Part shown: in pieces, positions 9,701 to 18,104 of the stretch
How the letters are laid out: every line of letters begins with the position of its first letter
How positions within the stretch are numbered: position 1 is the first letter of the stretch
Source of the DNA: a virus
Taxonomy: Duplodnaviria > Caudoviricetes
Strand: one strand, 5' to 3'
Virus record (IMG/VR): IMGVR_UViG_3300020414_002756
Span: 1-36,935 of that record
Length of the DNA stretch: 36,935 nucleotides
Position numbers and translations under genes: made by a program
Notes under the pieces: generated by a model
Database searches by the model: none
Seen by the model: the letters and a program-made list of their open reading frames with translations, nothing else
What the model was told of the DNA's origin: nothing

Positions 9701-10802
9701 AATCAACAACATCCCCAATTAATTCCCATCGATCAGATGAATCAGGAACTTCATTCGCTATTCGAATGTGAGACTCAACGCATGCATATACTTTTCCACC
9801 ATAGACAGCCTGCTCGCCTTCTTGGTAAGCTGCTCCTGCATATTTATTGTATTGTTTTGCTTGTTTTAATTGTTGAAAATACCTGGCGCTTGCTTCTAAA
9901 TCTGTATTAAAAGGAAGTTCGGTTCCTTCTGGCACAGCAAGTACATTTATATCAACAGAATCAAAATCAACATCCGAAGAACTCCAAGAAAAACTAGCCT
10001 CCGAACCTCTTACTGAATGAGTTAAATTAGATACAATCGGCTCTGGATTTGTGGCGCGAATAATTCCAGTAGCTTCTCTTCCGAACCGGTCAACAGAAAC
10101 AATCTCAACCTCCACATTTCTTGAAAGTTCGAGATCTCCAAACGCATTTGAATCTAAATTTAAATAAAAATCTCTGTAATTCTGCAATATTTCAGATACA
10201 TTTTCTCGATCCGTCTCAAATGTATTTGACAAAGAATCCAATGATGCACTAGAGAATCCAGCGGAATCAAGATCGATATGTCGACCGTTGTTTTTTATAT
10301 TGATTTTAAAACCAGAAAAAAATGAATCATTTAACAATTGATTTGATGCAGCAGTTCCTTCTAATGGATGGCCGTCGGGAGGAATTAGCGACCAACTAAA
10401 GTTTATATTTTTATCAGCAAACTCACAATCAACCTCAAGCTTATCTCCGGGAGATTGAGGGGCGTACGTTACGCTAGATTCTAAATTTTCATATCTATTA
10501 TTATTTAAAGTAATATCTGAAAATGTAAAAGTATTCTCCAATTCTTTGGGTAGTACTTCTACGGATCCAATCAAAGATGGAGATCGCACACCTATATCCG
10601 TTACCGCAAATACCCGTATATCAAAAACCCCATAATGCCCCTTAAGCGGTATAGCCTTGATAAATTCTTCTCCTTCATTTAATACTAGGTTTGAACCAAG
10701 TCCCAATTTTTCCTGAAACGAATAATTATCGGAAGTACCGAGCACTTCATAATTTGCATTAAGATCATTGACCTGAAATTCAACTGTAATTGAAGTAGAC
10801 AT
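3750..10802 (-). CDS. Giant central tail fibre / host-specificity protein, C-terminal gpJ-like part (FN3 domains, CBM5/12-like repeats, beta-helix repeats, Trp-rich C-terminal domain)
   Basis: FN3-type motifs include 'FDIRVFAVTDIGVRS', 'YYYKILPFDDFG' and 'FWIRAVDFAGNKSPF'. The J-type 'IGTANIAEAAIINAQINDLSADKITAGQI' lies at about 6460-6560. CBM-like 'W-x4-Y-x2-G-x2-V-x-Y' repeats and 'SFIGGG-x-x-N' repeats (about 4240-4545) are also present. Confidence 0.8.
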   Translation of the reverse strand: MSTSITVEFQVNDLNANYEVLGTSDNYSFQEKLGLGSNLVLNEGEEFIKAIPLKGHYGVFDIRVFAVTDIGVRSPSLIGSVEVLPKELENTFTFSDITLNNNRYENLESSVTYAPQSPGDKLEVDCEFADKNINFSWSLIPPDGHPLEGTAASNQLLNDSFFSGFKINIKNNGRHIDLDSAGFSSASLDSLSNTFETDRENVSEILQNYRDFYLNLDSNAFGDLELSRNVEVEIVSVDRFGREATGIIRATNPEPIVSNLTHSVRGSEASFSWSSSDVDFDSVDINVLAVPEGTELPFNTDLEASARYFQQLKQAKQYNKYAGAAYQEGEQAVYGGKVYACVESHIRIANEVPDSSDRWELIGDVVDFNYFSSVDDLNKNLTEDATLSSSDDYNNTFSVSQLWGYEYYYTFQPYDGFGLGKVYNFTNNGLVDQDDPDSVLDPLITNIKIDNLRFREVKDDLVFNWDIVDQDGNLVDINQYKFLFGGADSPSLLGLSGSLYDVHTQQTITGITEGYNSKSLDFDENGDLIVNANLPSTKVFDQYKYTRELNNSIYGIGGFPSDYQNYNDQATYNLGDHTLSNYNIYTSNTNNNTIAPVYSVWKESETYSAATSDKFVYKNNVYVTTTDFGADASATNGLFDETQTYDIGDIVLSPDQNVSIFSEQATYNPGDFVFYNGAIYECLNDIAVEEIVLPENTEYWIRLDIFEDIKCSYFRSTINNNSSYPFSSTSNWEKLNPENLAANGEFFDVFAPAYEFAISDWSAQAQYSAGSFVVYANDVWSGVQSSQGQTPSVGSSFWANTSNGQDLGANYQAGDLVYSNNFIYQCTQNNPAGGPIVARTNEGDTILSSYQDTNWLPFWELNDQYSDIVFGHVGIPQSGKRGVGIELGIVDKKGNIVNKANLNADNPAPYILTEGFKVDSTSEATKVKFSFNYALGFQEKTTKVHLYRSTGDVFDITGADGLPYEKVVSQIGGSVDVSSGSNEVSGINTLFLSELSNDSVIKIEDQIFSVDTIIDDENLTLSSNSSKDVVGGSLYKNADSTLVSITLGAEDAAFGENINQIIDEPPIPSINGVDQITGYYYKILPFDDFGSGVLYNVPDGSVDQVIVYPKRYNNPNPNVMPGRVLRADPTVAAGAVPGKISNFSGSAAFENYFLNWNAPNTDYEPGSTKLLNWTENDIDHYEVWASEDKYLRSGVTETQAINWIESQNTGYRKIQGVAYNVGEIPKEDPDPARYIYGAENIFNVPANSPSSEVVYPGETNDTRSFWIRAVDFAGNKSPFVGGTQPGINDPISGLTLTLGQVQATNISGFESSITNKFYNTIALNPNNPFDDIQNGWNNHELYHTGQKYNISPSSEGLTNGYIWWQTGNNYYNTGAVHPATTKEADPSFTDFNDGDFIIARVTDGNATPVFHAFANALIGTANIAEAAIINAQINDLSADKITAGQIKGHRIEITHSGGNNTDQYGSIASVGFDGINYIQPETGFVLSGDGTFAFQHGEGALTFEDEKLILYGGLRSSRALDFDFVDIDLSPQFFTYHERQDGTFEPADDCPTGIDIRTTFRNSRVEPSGVRFKMEAVSGSQRHDVFGYDDHDSNGNYNNISGFTYLTGNFNQDTERKTASATFDLTGFSGILEYYDQIADSVVITAKSNKSELERSTTITRVIDGRVGDDGNSPSVYYIKPTSGTALKNSSGSLEVEARQIIDGVDSKISSGNIKLYVGTSDKGYDETFNASQINGSVLVELKEGSTVYDTITLIDVTDGEDAIVGSVTSNQSLAYIQDKNDGSWSSTSNSTLTAEFYKNGSLLNTKTATVVLNSTTGTLSSTGGTNITVSGNNTSAITITFTYNSVSVSETVYAARGGDKGDNGNNGLSPTYRGQWDKDTLYINIPSTSTDPGRGDIVYYDGYMSGTTQYYGDPNTKYYICIKDIPNISSQDFPPYISTQQGVGTLNSTYWLEFGDEFDNVATNILLTEEAYITDKLIIGDYGFSGAIVSNGFTGGLLNVNTEPYQELTSTTENYDTPGFLLARTDDGVVFDVGGTGIIGQTGYIRLDSKSGKLEIAGSFINNTVIDENIIYTGVFELGQTDELTSFIGGGYNNDFIQNSTEEFQNIGSSIVGGAWNEIQGRFSTIAGGYSGLCRDNFSFIGGGWHNQMTLLEPGNHQGANFIGCGIYNTISGGAGQIILNGGNNLLSGPTGSYEPVLDFDNDLYSKYILGTGDSSLTLTEGGWTTESWIGAFYSQGAGALRGLSSKGWIYSLNFDWSFIPSVHAFAYIDEPINGIWIYFSEFHNNKHGWYWLLRPEEENMYKFDIYNPNTEGLYAYYNSDSNWVFFDRTSDNKLRGYYYSSNSWVNLT

Positions 10803-13800
10803 TTATTCTGTAGAGCTTGTTAATACTAGATTTGTTGGAGCCTCTGGCACCTCCATTCCCTCTTGCGGAGGAATCGGAATAACTGGTCTCCGAATTACAC
10901 CTTTTTTATCAATCGCATCAAATTTATCATACGAATATTCAGTTGCAGTAATTTCATACTTTCCATCGACCACCTCCTTGTTATTCAAAACCTTAAAATA
11001 CTTACCTTCAATAAATTTCTTAAGATCATGATCAAACTCTTTCACGAGGTAAAGATACGCATTCGTAAAATCATATCCATCTATATATTCACCAACTTCC
11101 GCAGAGTCCGCAAGCTCCAGAGTTGTTTCGTTTATAAATATAAAATTCCATGTTTTATTGATTAATTCAGAATCACTGCCAGAAATTCCCTGAATAAATA
11201 TATTATAATTTTTTGATAGATCAAATTCAAGATTATTTATTATATTTAACCTTACTGCAAATCTTTGTTGGAGAGACTCTCCTGGGGACATTTTTGACGC
11301 GGATTCTATTTTAATTGCATCATACTTTTCTTGATTAAATACATCGCTATAAATTGGCACGTTATATTGACCGATATCTTCATCATAGTCTGATATATTC
11401 AAAACATACCCATAAGGACTATCTGTCCTCACTTCTTTCACCTCGCACAATCTTCCTAGTTTCTTATTTGAGCTACCAAGATTAAATGTTTGTATGCTTT
11501 CATCTAGACCTATTATACTTTCATAGTATACAAAAGCATTAGATATATTACCAGATTCAACATCATATTTTATATTAACGAAGCCAGTTGCGCCATCTTT
11601 ATTTTGACGCAAAGCAGGAACATACCAAGTAGTATTCTTTAATACTTCCGTAGTACCAACCCAGCCAAATTGTCCTGTATAAAACCAGAAATATTCATTT
11701 GCAGAAGCACTCTCCTTATTTAATATGTCCTTTATGTATACCCAACCCAGGTTTCTTGCGTACATCCAATTTGCATCAACAATTTTCACTTGGCCAAACA
11801 TTGTAGAAGTTAACCAATCATCTGTCAATATTTCATTTACGCCAATTTTTGCAAGATTCACAGAGGTTACTTCACCTCTATTTTCTTCGATGAGTCCAAT
11901 ATCTCCACGTATCGAGTAAATTGCGCCAATCATGATTTGATTTATTTTTTCTTGCGTTTTTTCTTGATCAATAGGCATAACAAAGTGTTCTCCTCCGATA
12001 TTAAGAAGCCTATCTTTTCCAACATCAAACAAACTCACAGGAATAATATTAGTATATACTTGCTGTTGAGTAAATCCTCGAGTATGAGATTTATTTATTA
12101 TCAACTGTGAATCGCTTTTTATCTCTTGAACAACAAAATCAAAACCATCAACTATTATATAATCACCAACATTCAATTCAGTAGTAAAACTAGTACCAAC
12201 CCCATTCACAATATTCGCAACCAACCCAGAATTTCCGGTCGGGTTCAAGCTTAGTGTTCCACTTAGATATACCGGAGGATATAATGACACCTTAAAAGAA
12301 TGCTTTGTTGAGCATATAACATAATATTCTTCAAAAGGAGACAAGCCTGACGGCAAGACTCCATCACTTGCAAATCTTATTTTATCCCCATCTTCAAATC
12401 CATGGTAAAATATTTCAAACACGCTTTTTTCAAGAGACAATTCAAATTGCATTTTAGCAACCATATCAATTACTCTTGACCTACTTTCATCTTGATCGGG
12501 AATCAATCTAGCTTGAAACTTTAAAACTTGTTGAGATTTTAAATTTTCTATTTCATAATCTTGATCACTTACAAACTTTTCGTTTCTTGATCTGGCTTCT
12601 ATTTTTTCTAGCGTCGTATTGTCTGCTCCAGCAGATACAGTAAACTCAACATCACCAAGAATTGGTTCCTTTAAGATACTTTTATCAATTAAAATATATG
12701 TTTGACTTCCTGAATCAACTGCATCTATTACATCCAACACCCTGCCAGACCTTAAATCTCCGGCGCGCATTTGATCATATATTTCTATAACAGCACCAGG
12801 AAACGTATAAGCTCCTTCTTGTCCAGTCGTAAACTTAACCACCTCCTGCTCGTATTGAGCGCTCATTAATATCCATTTTGCCAATCTTCTTGCTTCTGAT
12901 TCACTAGATACAGATAGTGCATTTATTTCGGTTTCAATTATTCCTATTTTTTGAATAGCAGCGGTATCTTCTTCGTATACATATTCTTGATTAAATTCAT
13001 TTTCTTTATTGTTAAACATTACCTTAACAACAGAAAAGCGTTGATCTTTTTGAGATCCAGAATACGCAAAACCCTCAATCGAAACATTTGTATTATTAAA
13101 CAATTGTATGGCTAAATTTTTTGAGTCTTGCTGTATACTAATCTTTCCTGAGCTATAAGATAATCTCGCACGAAACATATTCGCAAACATATTCAAAATA
13201 TTTATTGACTCAACCGCATCTTTCAGATATAAATTAGCCGTAAACCTAGGCTCAACAATTGGATGATCAATTTCTGCCGCGCACGCACCATACATTATGT
13301 ATCGCTTACTTGTTTGTTGAGTATATGCAACAACACTCTCTGCGCCCTCTATATGATTATCATCTAAAATCAACTCTGTGTCGCTATTTATTTCTTGTAC
13401 AGTAAATTCTTGGTCTGTGATTTTAATTTTGTCCCCAACATCTAATTCTTCAATAAATTCCGTATTTGTCCCGGTCACAGTATTCGAGCCTGCTTCAATA
13501 CTAACTCCCCCCTTTAATGGTTTATCTAGTGTTTCAATAAGGCCATCAAAAGCGCTTTCATGAAGCGTAAAATCTGCACCCATTAAATCAATAGTGAAAT
13601 TATCTGCGTCCGAACTGACAATTTGTCGTCTTTCTATCGAGCAGTTTTGCTTCAATATAGATTTGTTTTTGATTTGTTGTTTATACTCAAGTGCGCTCGA
13701 TCCGTAATTATGTTTGTTGATAAAAAAAGCAACTGACTTACCTTTGAAAAGATCTCCATCGCCAAACGATTTAATGAACTGCTGTCTAGAGGATAACCCC

Positions 13801-16646
13801 GTATATCCGCCCTCAGATATATATTCAACAACTACTTTACCAGATCCCCCTTTTGCAGATTTAGAAAAATCTCTTCCATCCCAAAATTTTCCCTGGACTT
13901 GATTTCCTCCCGCACCAACATTTATAGTTATTGTATCCCCAGGAGATACTTCTAACCTTACCACTGAGGCAGCAGCGGATCCCCCACCCATAATAACCCT
14001 ATCAAGAGAAACTGTACCAATGAGAGGGAGGTAATACGACTGACTGCCTGCTCCAGAACCTGACCCAAACCCAGGTGTGTTTGAAGATTTACCGGAACTA
14101 TTTGTCCAACTTCTTTTTGCGGCCTGCCTGGATCCAGAAGAGCCTGAAATCAAAAGATCTTGAGTACCCAACCTATCTCTTCCATCTCCTTTTTCAAACT
14201 CCGGAAGAGAACCTTGTTTTTGCGCATATATCTTATATGCATCATCTGGCGAGTCAATTACGGTCACTGGTCGAGCAACAAGATTCTCTTCGTCTCCCTG
14301 CAAACCCCCACCAATTCCACCTTGAGAAACGACGCTCCATCCAGAACTAGATGAAACCACAGAGTTTTCACCGTTATTGCCATTCAAAACAATTACATCA
14401 TAGATATTCTGACCCCAGCTCATTGCTTGACCACTACCACCAGCACCAATAGTTAACACTTCAATTTGCTCAATCCCTTCGGGAATCGTTAGAGTATAAT
14501 CCCCAGATTCTAAAAATTCATGATACGTCTCAAATCCAATGTCATTAGCCTCCTCAATATCAAGAGTCCCAGATTGATTTTTCGAATATCTTGTTTTGTC
14601 TATCTTTATTTTAAATTTGTGAGTGATATTATTTTTTCCTACTTGACCGCCATCAATACTCAATCCCCCCGATCCGTAAAATTCAAACGCCTTTAATAAT
14701 CCACTATCAGTTTGTATAGGATAATTTGTTTCAACCATTTGATCACAATATTTTGCAATTTTATAAGCTTGCCACTTATCAATATCGTTTTGCTCGACGC
14801 CATATTTTCCACATCCATAAGTTGGATTAGAAACTAAATCGTAAAAAATCCAAGCAGGATTATCCGTCCACTCCTTATTCCTTTCGTCAATAGAATATAT
14901 TGACTGCCCCAACTCCTGGCCCTTAAACAACCCATTCCATGGACCACTATATTGACGAGTTATAGGATTATAATTACTAGGCACAAGAACTTTTTTTAAT
15001 TTAAGGTGCCACATAAATGTTGGTTGTGATGCAAAGTTTAAACTATCTATAATTATCCTTGAAGTTACTGCGTTAGGATTTGAAAACTTCCCAGGAATCA
15101 TTTCTTCTATAGTAGAAACAGATATACTTCTGGTCCTTCCTTGACCACCAATACTATTCCAGTCTGTTTTTTCGTGCTGAGTTACCTTTTTCCCGCCCCA
15201 CCATCTTCTTTTTGTGGTCGTCCATGTAGTATATATATTTGAGGCAGCAGCAATATCAGTCTCCTTGCTCATTTTTACAATTTGTATAGTTGGTGGGTTT
15301 TTCTTAAATTCTTTTCTAAATCTTATAAAAAACTCAAATTGATATGAAGAAGTAGCAATTCCATAAACATACATTCTATTATTTTCGTCTTTATAAACAT
15401 TCAATTCGTTTCCATTCGAATCGACCAATTTATTTCCATTAAATCTTAGTGTATAATTAGCAGGACTCTCAAGTACATTCTCGCGCCTACCATCATCATC
15501 TACCACAAATATTCCGAAATATACCCTTTCTGACTGTGTTTCTCCATCGCTTTGTCGCTGAAGAAAAACGCTAGATCTAAACGATATAACAACTTGACGA
15601 GTATCTATATTTGATACTTTATGAGAAAATATTGTCGGTTTCTCGGCGTCTTTTTTCTCAGGAAAAACGTCTGACTCAGATATAAAAGTAGATCTTTTAC
15701 TTTCTGCCAATATTGATCCATCAGATTTTTTATCGAGTTCACCAACAAAATACGGAGACACCCCAAACAGCTCTTGATTGATTGTATGAATAATACTAAC
15801 ACTATCATCCAGTATCCTAGAATCTTCCTTACTAATATTAATTGACGGAAGATCTGCGGTTTCATTTAAATTATAATTATAAAATTCTCCTTTTAGTAAT
15901 TGATTTTCATTTATGTATAATGATCTTTGTACATCTTCATGGGGAACTTTTATACCATTTTCGTCGGTAAACCAAGAATCAACTTTCGCACCATATTCAT
16001 TAACAGGCCCTTCGATTGGTCCTTCGCATATCAAATGTGAAAATTTGAGCTGACTAGTAGATTCAAGAATTTTAGATTTATTATTTTTAATTGGCAACCT
16101 AGTTGTAGTCATTGATTGACTAACCAAACTTGGTCCAATAAACACCCGCCCATAACCCAATGGAATTGAACCTCCCTGGGATGCAGTCTCCCTAGACGCC
16201 CCAAGAAGAAACGACTTGCTTGTATCACTCTCTCCTCGAGTTTTTACTTTGTCGTCGGGTGTTTTTTGTAGCGCGCTAATTGCCATTTGGGCGAGTCCGC
16301 CCCAAAGAGCGCTACTCATTGCCGCTGCGGCTGTCTTGCCTACCAACGGAATTAACCAAGAAGCAATAAATCCACCATAGACACTTGGCACAACATGTAT
16401 TTCTCTATTGATTTCATTTTCTGCAATTATATTATCAATCAAATCTTTTTCAGACTTTAATTTGTCGGGATGTTTCGCAAGTAAAAAATGCCTATTTCCC
16501 TCTAGTTCTTGCTTTACAATATATGCAAGAAAACCTTCATTGTTTGCGTCTAAAGCTTTGATTACTTCTTGTGAATTGCGCGCATCAACTTGATACTTTC
16601 TACCAAATCGCTTGCCGATGCCGCCATGTAAATATACCGTATTCAC
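10803..16646 (-). CDS. Tail tip protein: lambda gpI-like N-terminus fused to gpJ-like tip attachment (hub) protein, GTG start
   Basis: gpI-like motifs are 'VYLHGGIGKRFG...EVIKAL...EIHVVPSVYGG' and 'SQGGSIPLGYGRVFIG'. gpJ motifs are 'LICEGPIEGPV', 'VLVPSNYNPITRQYSGPWNGLFK', 'WTDNPAWIFYDLVSNPTYGCG', 'IDKWQAYKIAKYCDQMV', 'EPRFTANLYL' and 'EARRLAKWIL'. Confidence 0.92.
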   Translation of the reverse strand: MNTVYLHGGIGKRFGRKYQVDARNSQEVIKALDANNEGFLAYIVKQELEGNRHFLLAKHPDKLKSEKDLIDNIIAENEINREIHVVPSVYGGFIASWLIPLVGKTAAAAMSSALWGGLAQMAISALQKTPDDKVKTRGESDTSKSFLLGASRETASQGGSIPLGYGRVFIGPSLVSQSMTTTRLPIKNNKSKILESTSQLKFSHLICEGPIEGPVNEYGAKVDSWFTDENGIKVPHEDVQRSLYINENQLLKGEFYNYNLNETADLPSINISKEDSRILDDSVSIIHTINQELFGVSPYFVGELDKKSDGSILAESKRSTFISESDVFPEKKDAEKPTIFSHKVSNIDTRQVVISFRSSVFLQRQSDGETQSERVYFGIFVVDDDGRRENVLESPANYTLRFNGNKLVDSNGNELNVYKDENNRMYVYGIATSSYQFEFFIRFRKEFKKNPPTIQIVKMSKETDIAAASNIYTTWTTTKRRWWGGKKVTQHEKTDWNSIGGQGRTRSISVSTIEEMIPGKFSNPNAVTSRIIIDSLNFASQPTFMWHLKLKKVLVPSNYNPITRQYSGPWNGLFKGQELGQSIYSIDERNKEWTDNPAWIFYDLVSNPTYGCGKYGVEQNDIDKWQAYKIAKYCDQMVETNYPIQTDSGLLKAFEFYGSGGLSIDGGQVGKNNITHKFKIKIDKTRYSKNQSGTLDIEEANDIGFETYHEFLESGDYTLTIPEGIEQIEVLTIGAGGSGQAMSWGQNIYDVIVLNGNNGENSVVSSSSGWSVVSQGGIGGGLQGDEENLVARPVTVIDSPDDAYKIYAQKQGSLPEFEKGDGRDRLGTQDLLISGSSGSRQAAKRSWTNSSGKSSNTPGFGSGSGAGSQSYYLPLIGTVSLDRVIMGGGSAAASVVRLEVSPGDTITINVGAGGNQVQGKFWDGRDFSKSAKGGSGKVVVEYISEGGYTGLSSRQQFIKSFGDGDLFKGKSVAFFINKHNYGSSALEYKQQIKNKSILKQNCSIERRQIVSSDADNFTIDLMGADFTLHESAFDGLIETLDKPLKGGVSIEAGSNTVTGTNTEFIEELDVGDKIKITDQEFTVQEINSDTELILDDNHIEGAESVVAYTQQTSKRYIMYGACAAEIDHPIVEPRFTANLYLKDAVESINILNMFANMFRARLSYSSGKISIQQDSKNLAIQLFNNTNVSIEGFAYSGSQKDQRFSVVKVMFNNKENEFNQEYVYEEDTAAIQKIGIIETEINALSVSSESEARRLAKWILMSAQYEQEVVKFTTGQEGAYTFPGAVIEIYDQMRAGDLRSGRVLDVIDAVDSGSQTYILIDKSILKEPILGDVEFTVSAGADNTTLEKIEARSRNEKFVSDQDYEIENLKSQQVLKFQARLIPDQDESRSRVIDMVAKMQFELSLEKSVFEIFYHGFEDGDKIRFASDGVLPSGLSPFEEYYVICSTKHSFKVSLYPPVYLSGTLSLNPTGNSGLVANIVNGVGTSFTTELNVGDYIIVDGFDFVVQEIKSDSQLIINKSHTRGFTQQQVYTNIIPVSLFDVGKDRLLNIGGEHFVMPIDQEKTQEKINQIMIGAIYSIRGDIGLIEENRGEVTSVNLAKIGVNEILTDDWLTSTMFGQVKIVDANWMYARNLGWVYIKDILNKESASANEYFWFYTGQFGWVGTTEVLKNTTWYVPALRQNKDGATGFVNIKYDVESGNISNAFVYYESIIGLDESIQTFNLGSSNKKLGRLCEVKEVRTDSPYGYVLNISDYDEDIGQYNVPIYSDVFNQEKYDAIKIESASKMSPGESLQQRFAVRLNIINNLEFDLSKNYNIFIQGISGSDSELINKTWNFIFINETTLELADSAEVGEYIDGYDFTNAYLYLVKEFDHDLKKFIEGKYFKVLNNKEVVDGKYEITATEYSYDKFDAIDKKGVIRRPVIPIPPQEGMEVPEAPTNLVLTSSTE

Positions 16647-16677
16647 TTTAAACCTTAAACCTTGAAGTCTATTACAC
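16647..16677 (-). promoter_or_regulatory. GTGTA motif plus tandem AAGGTTT leader of the I-J gene
   Basis: The sense strand reads GTGTAATAGACTTC-AAGGTTT-AAGGTTT-AAA-GTG. Confidence 0.45.
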
Positions 16678-17011
16678 TTTTATTTTCATATAGGCAAAAG
16701 TTATCATCAATAGTGCTATAAATTAAAAAAGGTACCTCTAGATCATCAGAGCACGATCGATCCAATTTTGATGGAGCCGCACTACCCAAGCAGTGAGAAT
16801 GAACAATCACGTCAACATCATAATCAATATAAACATTTGAATCTAGTGCAAAATATTTTTGTTTATCGAGAGCAATATTTTCACACGGTATGAATTTTTG
16901 AACGCCATTCAGTTTAACAATTATTCCACAACTCTCTTCGTTTTTATATAGGTTGCAGTAATCAACTATTTCGCGCAATATTTTTTTATTGATTTTACAT
17001 TTCGTATCCAT
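16655..17011 (-). CDS. Tail assembly protein K-like, JAB/MPN+ metalloprotease domain only
   Basis: 'EESCGIIV...FIPCENIA' and an intact HxH-x7-S-x2-D motif 'HSHCLGSAAPSKLD' are present, and the gene sits between L and I-J. There is no NlpC/P60 domain. ATG 17011 is preferred to 17038 because the overlap with gpL is shorter. Confidence 0.85.
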   Translation of the reverse strand: MDTKCKINKKILREIVDYCNLYKNEESCGIIVKLNGVQKFIPCENIALDKQKYFALDSNVYIDYDVDVIVHSHCLGSAAPSKLDRSCSDDLEVPFLIYSTIDDNFCLYENKSVIDFKV

Positions 17012-18104
17012 ATCCTGCGACACCAGGAAATGCGCCAAAATTCAATATATTATCCTTGCTTGCTTTATTGTGCTCTCCGAGCGGCTTATCAAATTCATTG
17101 ATTGCCCCAGAATCAAATCTGCGCTTGCAAGACTTCAGGGTTTTAGAGCAATCATCCTTCAGCCAATATTCCTTATCAAAAAACGGATGGTGATCGGCAG
17201 GGTGGACATGATCTTGTATACATACAAAAACTTGTGGCGCTCGATGATATGGATTATCGGAAGTTCTTGAAATTATTTTAACAACATCACCCAAAGAGTA
17301 TCCTGTTGATGACGAAGAAGATCCGTTCTTTCCATGCTTTGACCACTCGGATACATCATCTAATCCAGCTGAATAATCATTTGGATTCACAACGCCAGGT
17401 TCATTTGCATTTTGATTGAACGCAAAACCCTCAGTTAAGTCTTGTTCTTCTACAGTCTCGATAGGTAATCCTTTATAACCACAACCAATTTCGCAACGAT
17501 ATGTCCATGTACAAAGATTTGCGTACAATTTTCTTGCAGGTAACCAAGAATCTTTCAATTCTAACGGAGAAGATAATTCAAAACTTATGCCATTTTTATC
17601 TTCAGACATTTTTCTGTTTATATAATAAACATCATCTGGCAAATAAGAATCTCTGTCTGATTGCCCGAATGGATTCTTTCCCTCCGAGTTTAAGTTCTTG
17701 TTTTGAAAATTTTCATCATCTAAAAACCGAACATACGTTCTTTTTCGCGTTATTTTACATCCAACAAAATCATTATTATTGTATATTATTCGAGAAAATA
17801 TTCCGTCAGGATTTGCTATAATAAGCTTTGGTCTTGGAAACCTCCCGTCATTTTTACTCTCAAAACCCTCAGCCATGATCGGCATGGGCTGATATGATTT
17901 ACCCTGCCATACGATTGGATTACTGGAATTTATTGATGAACAAAATCTATACACAGTATCAGCTCCAACATTTATACCGTACATATCTTTTAATTGCTCG
18001 AAATTTTCTTGCATATTACTAAAATCAATCTCAAACAACTCAATCAATGCATCTGGTTGAAGAGATGATAATTGCTTATTCAAATTGGATTCTGATTTTG
18101 ACAT
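16995..18104 (-). CDS. Minor tail protein L-like (predicted 4Fe-4S)
   Basis: Motifs are 'LIELFEIDFS', 'IVWQGKSYQPMPIMAEGFE...PRPKLIIAN', 'KITRKRTYVRFLDDENF' and 'FELSSPLEL'. The Cys motifs 'CTWTYRCEIGCGY' and 'DDCSKTLKSCKRRF' and the terminal 'FGAFPG' match lambda gpL. Confidence 0.93.
   Translation of the reverse strand: MSKSESNLNKQLSSLQPDALIELFEIDFSNMQENFEQLKDMYGINVGADTVYRFCSSINSSNPIVWQGKSYQPMPIMAEGFESKNDGRFPRPKLIIANPDGIFSRIIYNNNDFVGCKITRKRTYVRFLDDENFQNKNLNSEGKNPFGQSDRDSYLPDDVYYINRKMSEDKNGISFELSSPLELKDSWLPARKLYANLCTWTYRCEIGCGYKGLPIETVEEQDLTEGFAFNQNANEPGVVNPNDYSAGLDDVSEWSKHGKNGSSSSSTGYSLGDVVKIISRTSDNPYHRAPQVFVCIQDHVHPADHHPFFDKEYWLKDDCSKTLKSCKRRFDSGAINEFDKPLGEHNKASKDNILNFGAFPGVAGYGYEM

Noticed and set aside
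2995-10802. Diversity-generating retroelement or invertible fibre cassette
   Set aside because: I saw no reverse transcriptase, invertase, near-identical TR/VR pair or inverted crossover sites. The repeats seen are diverged at the DNA level.
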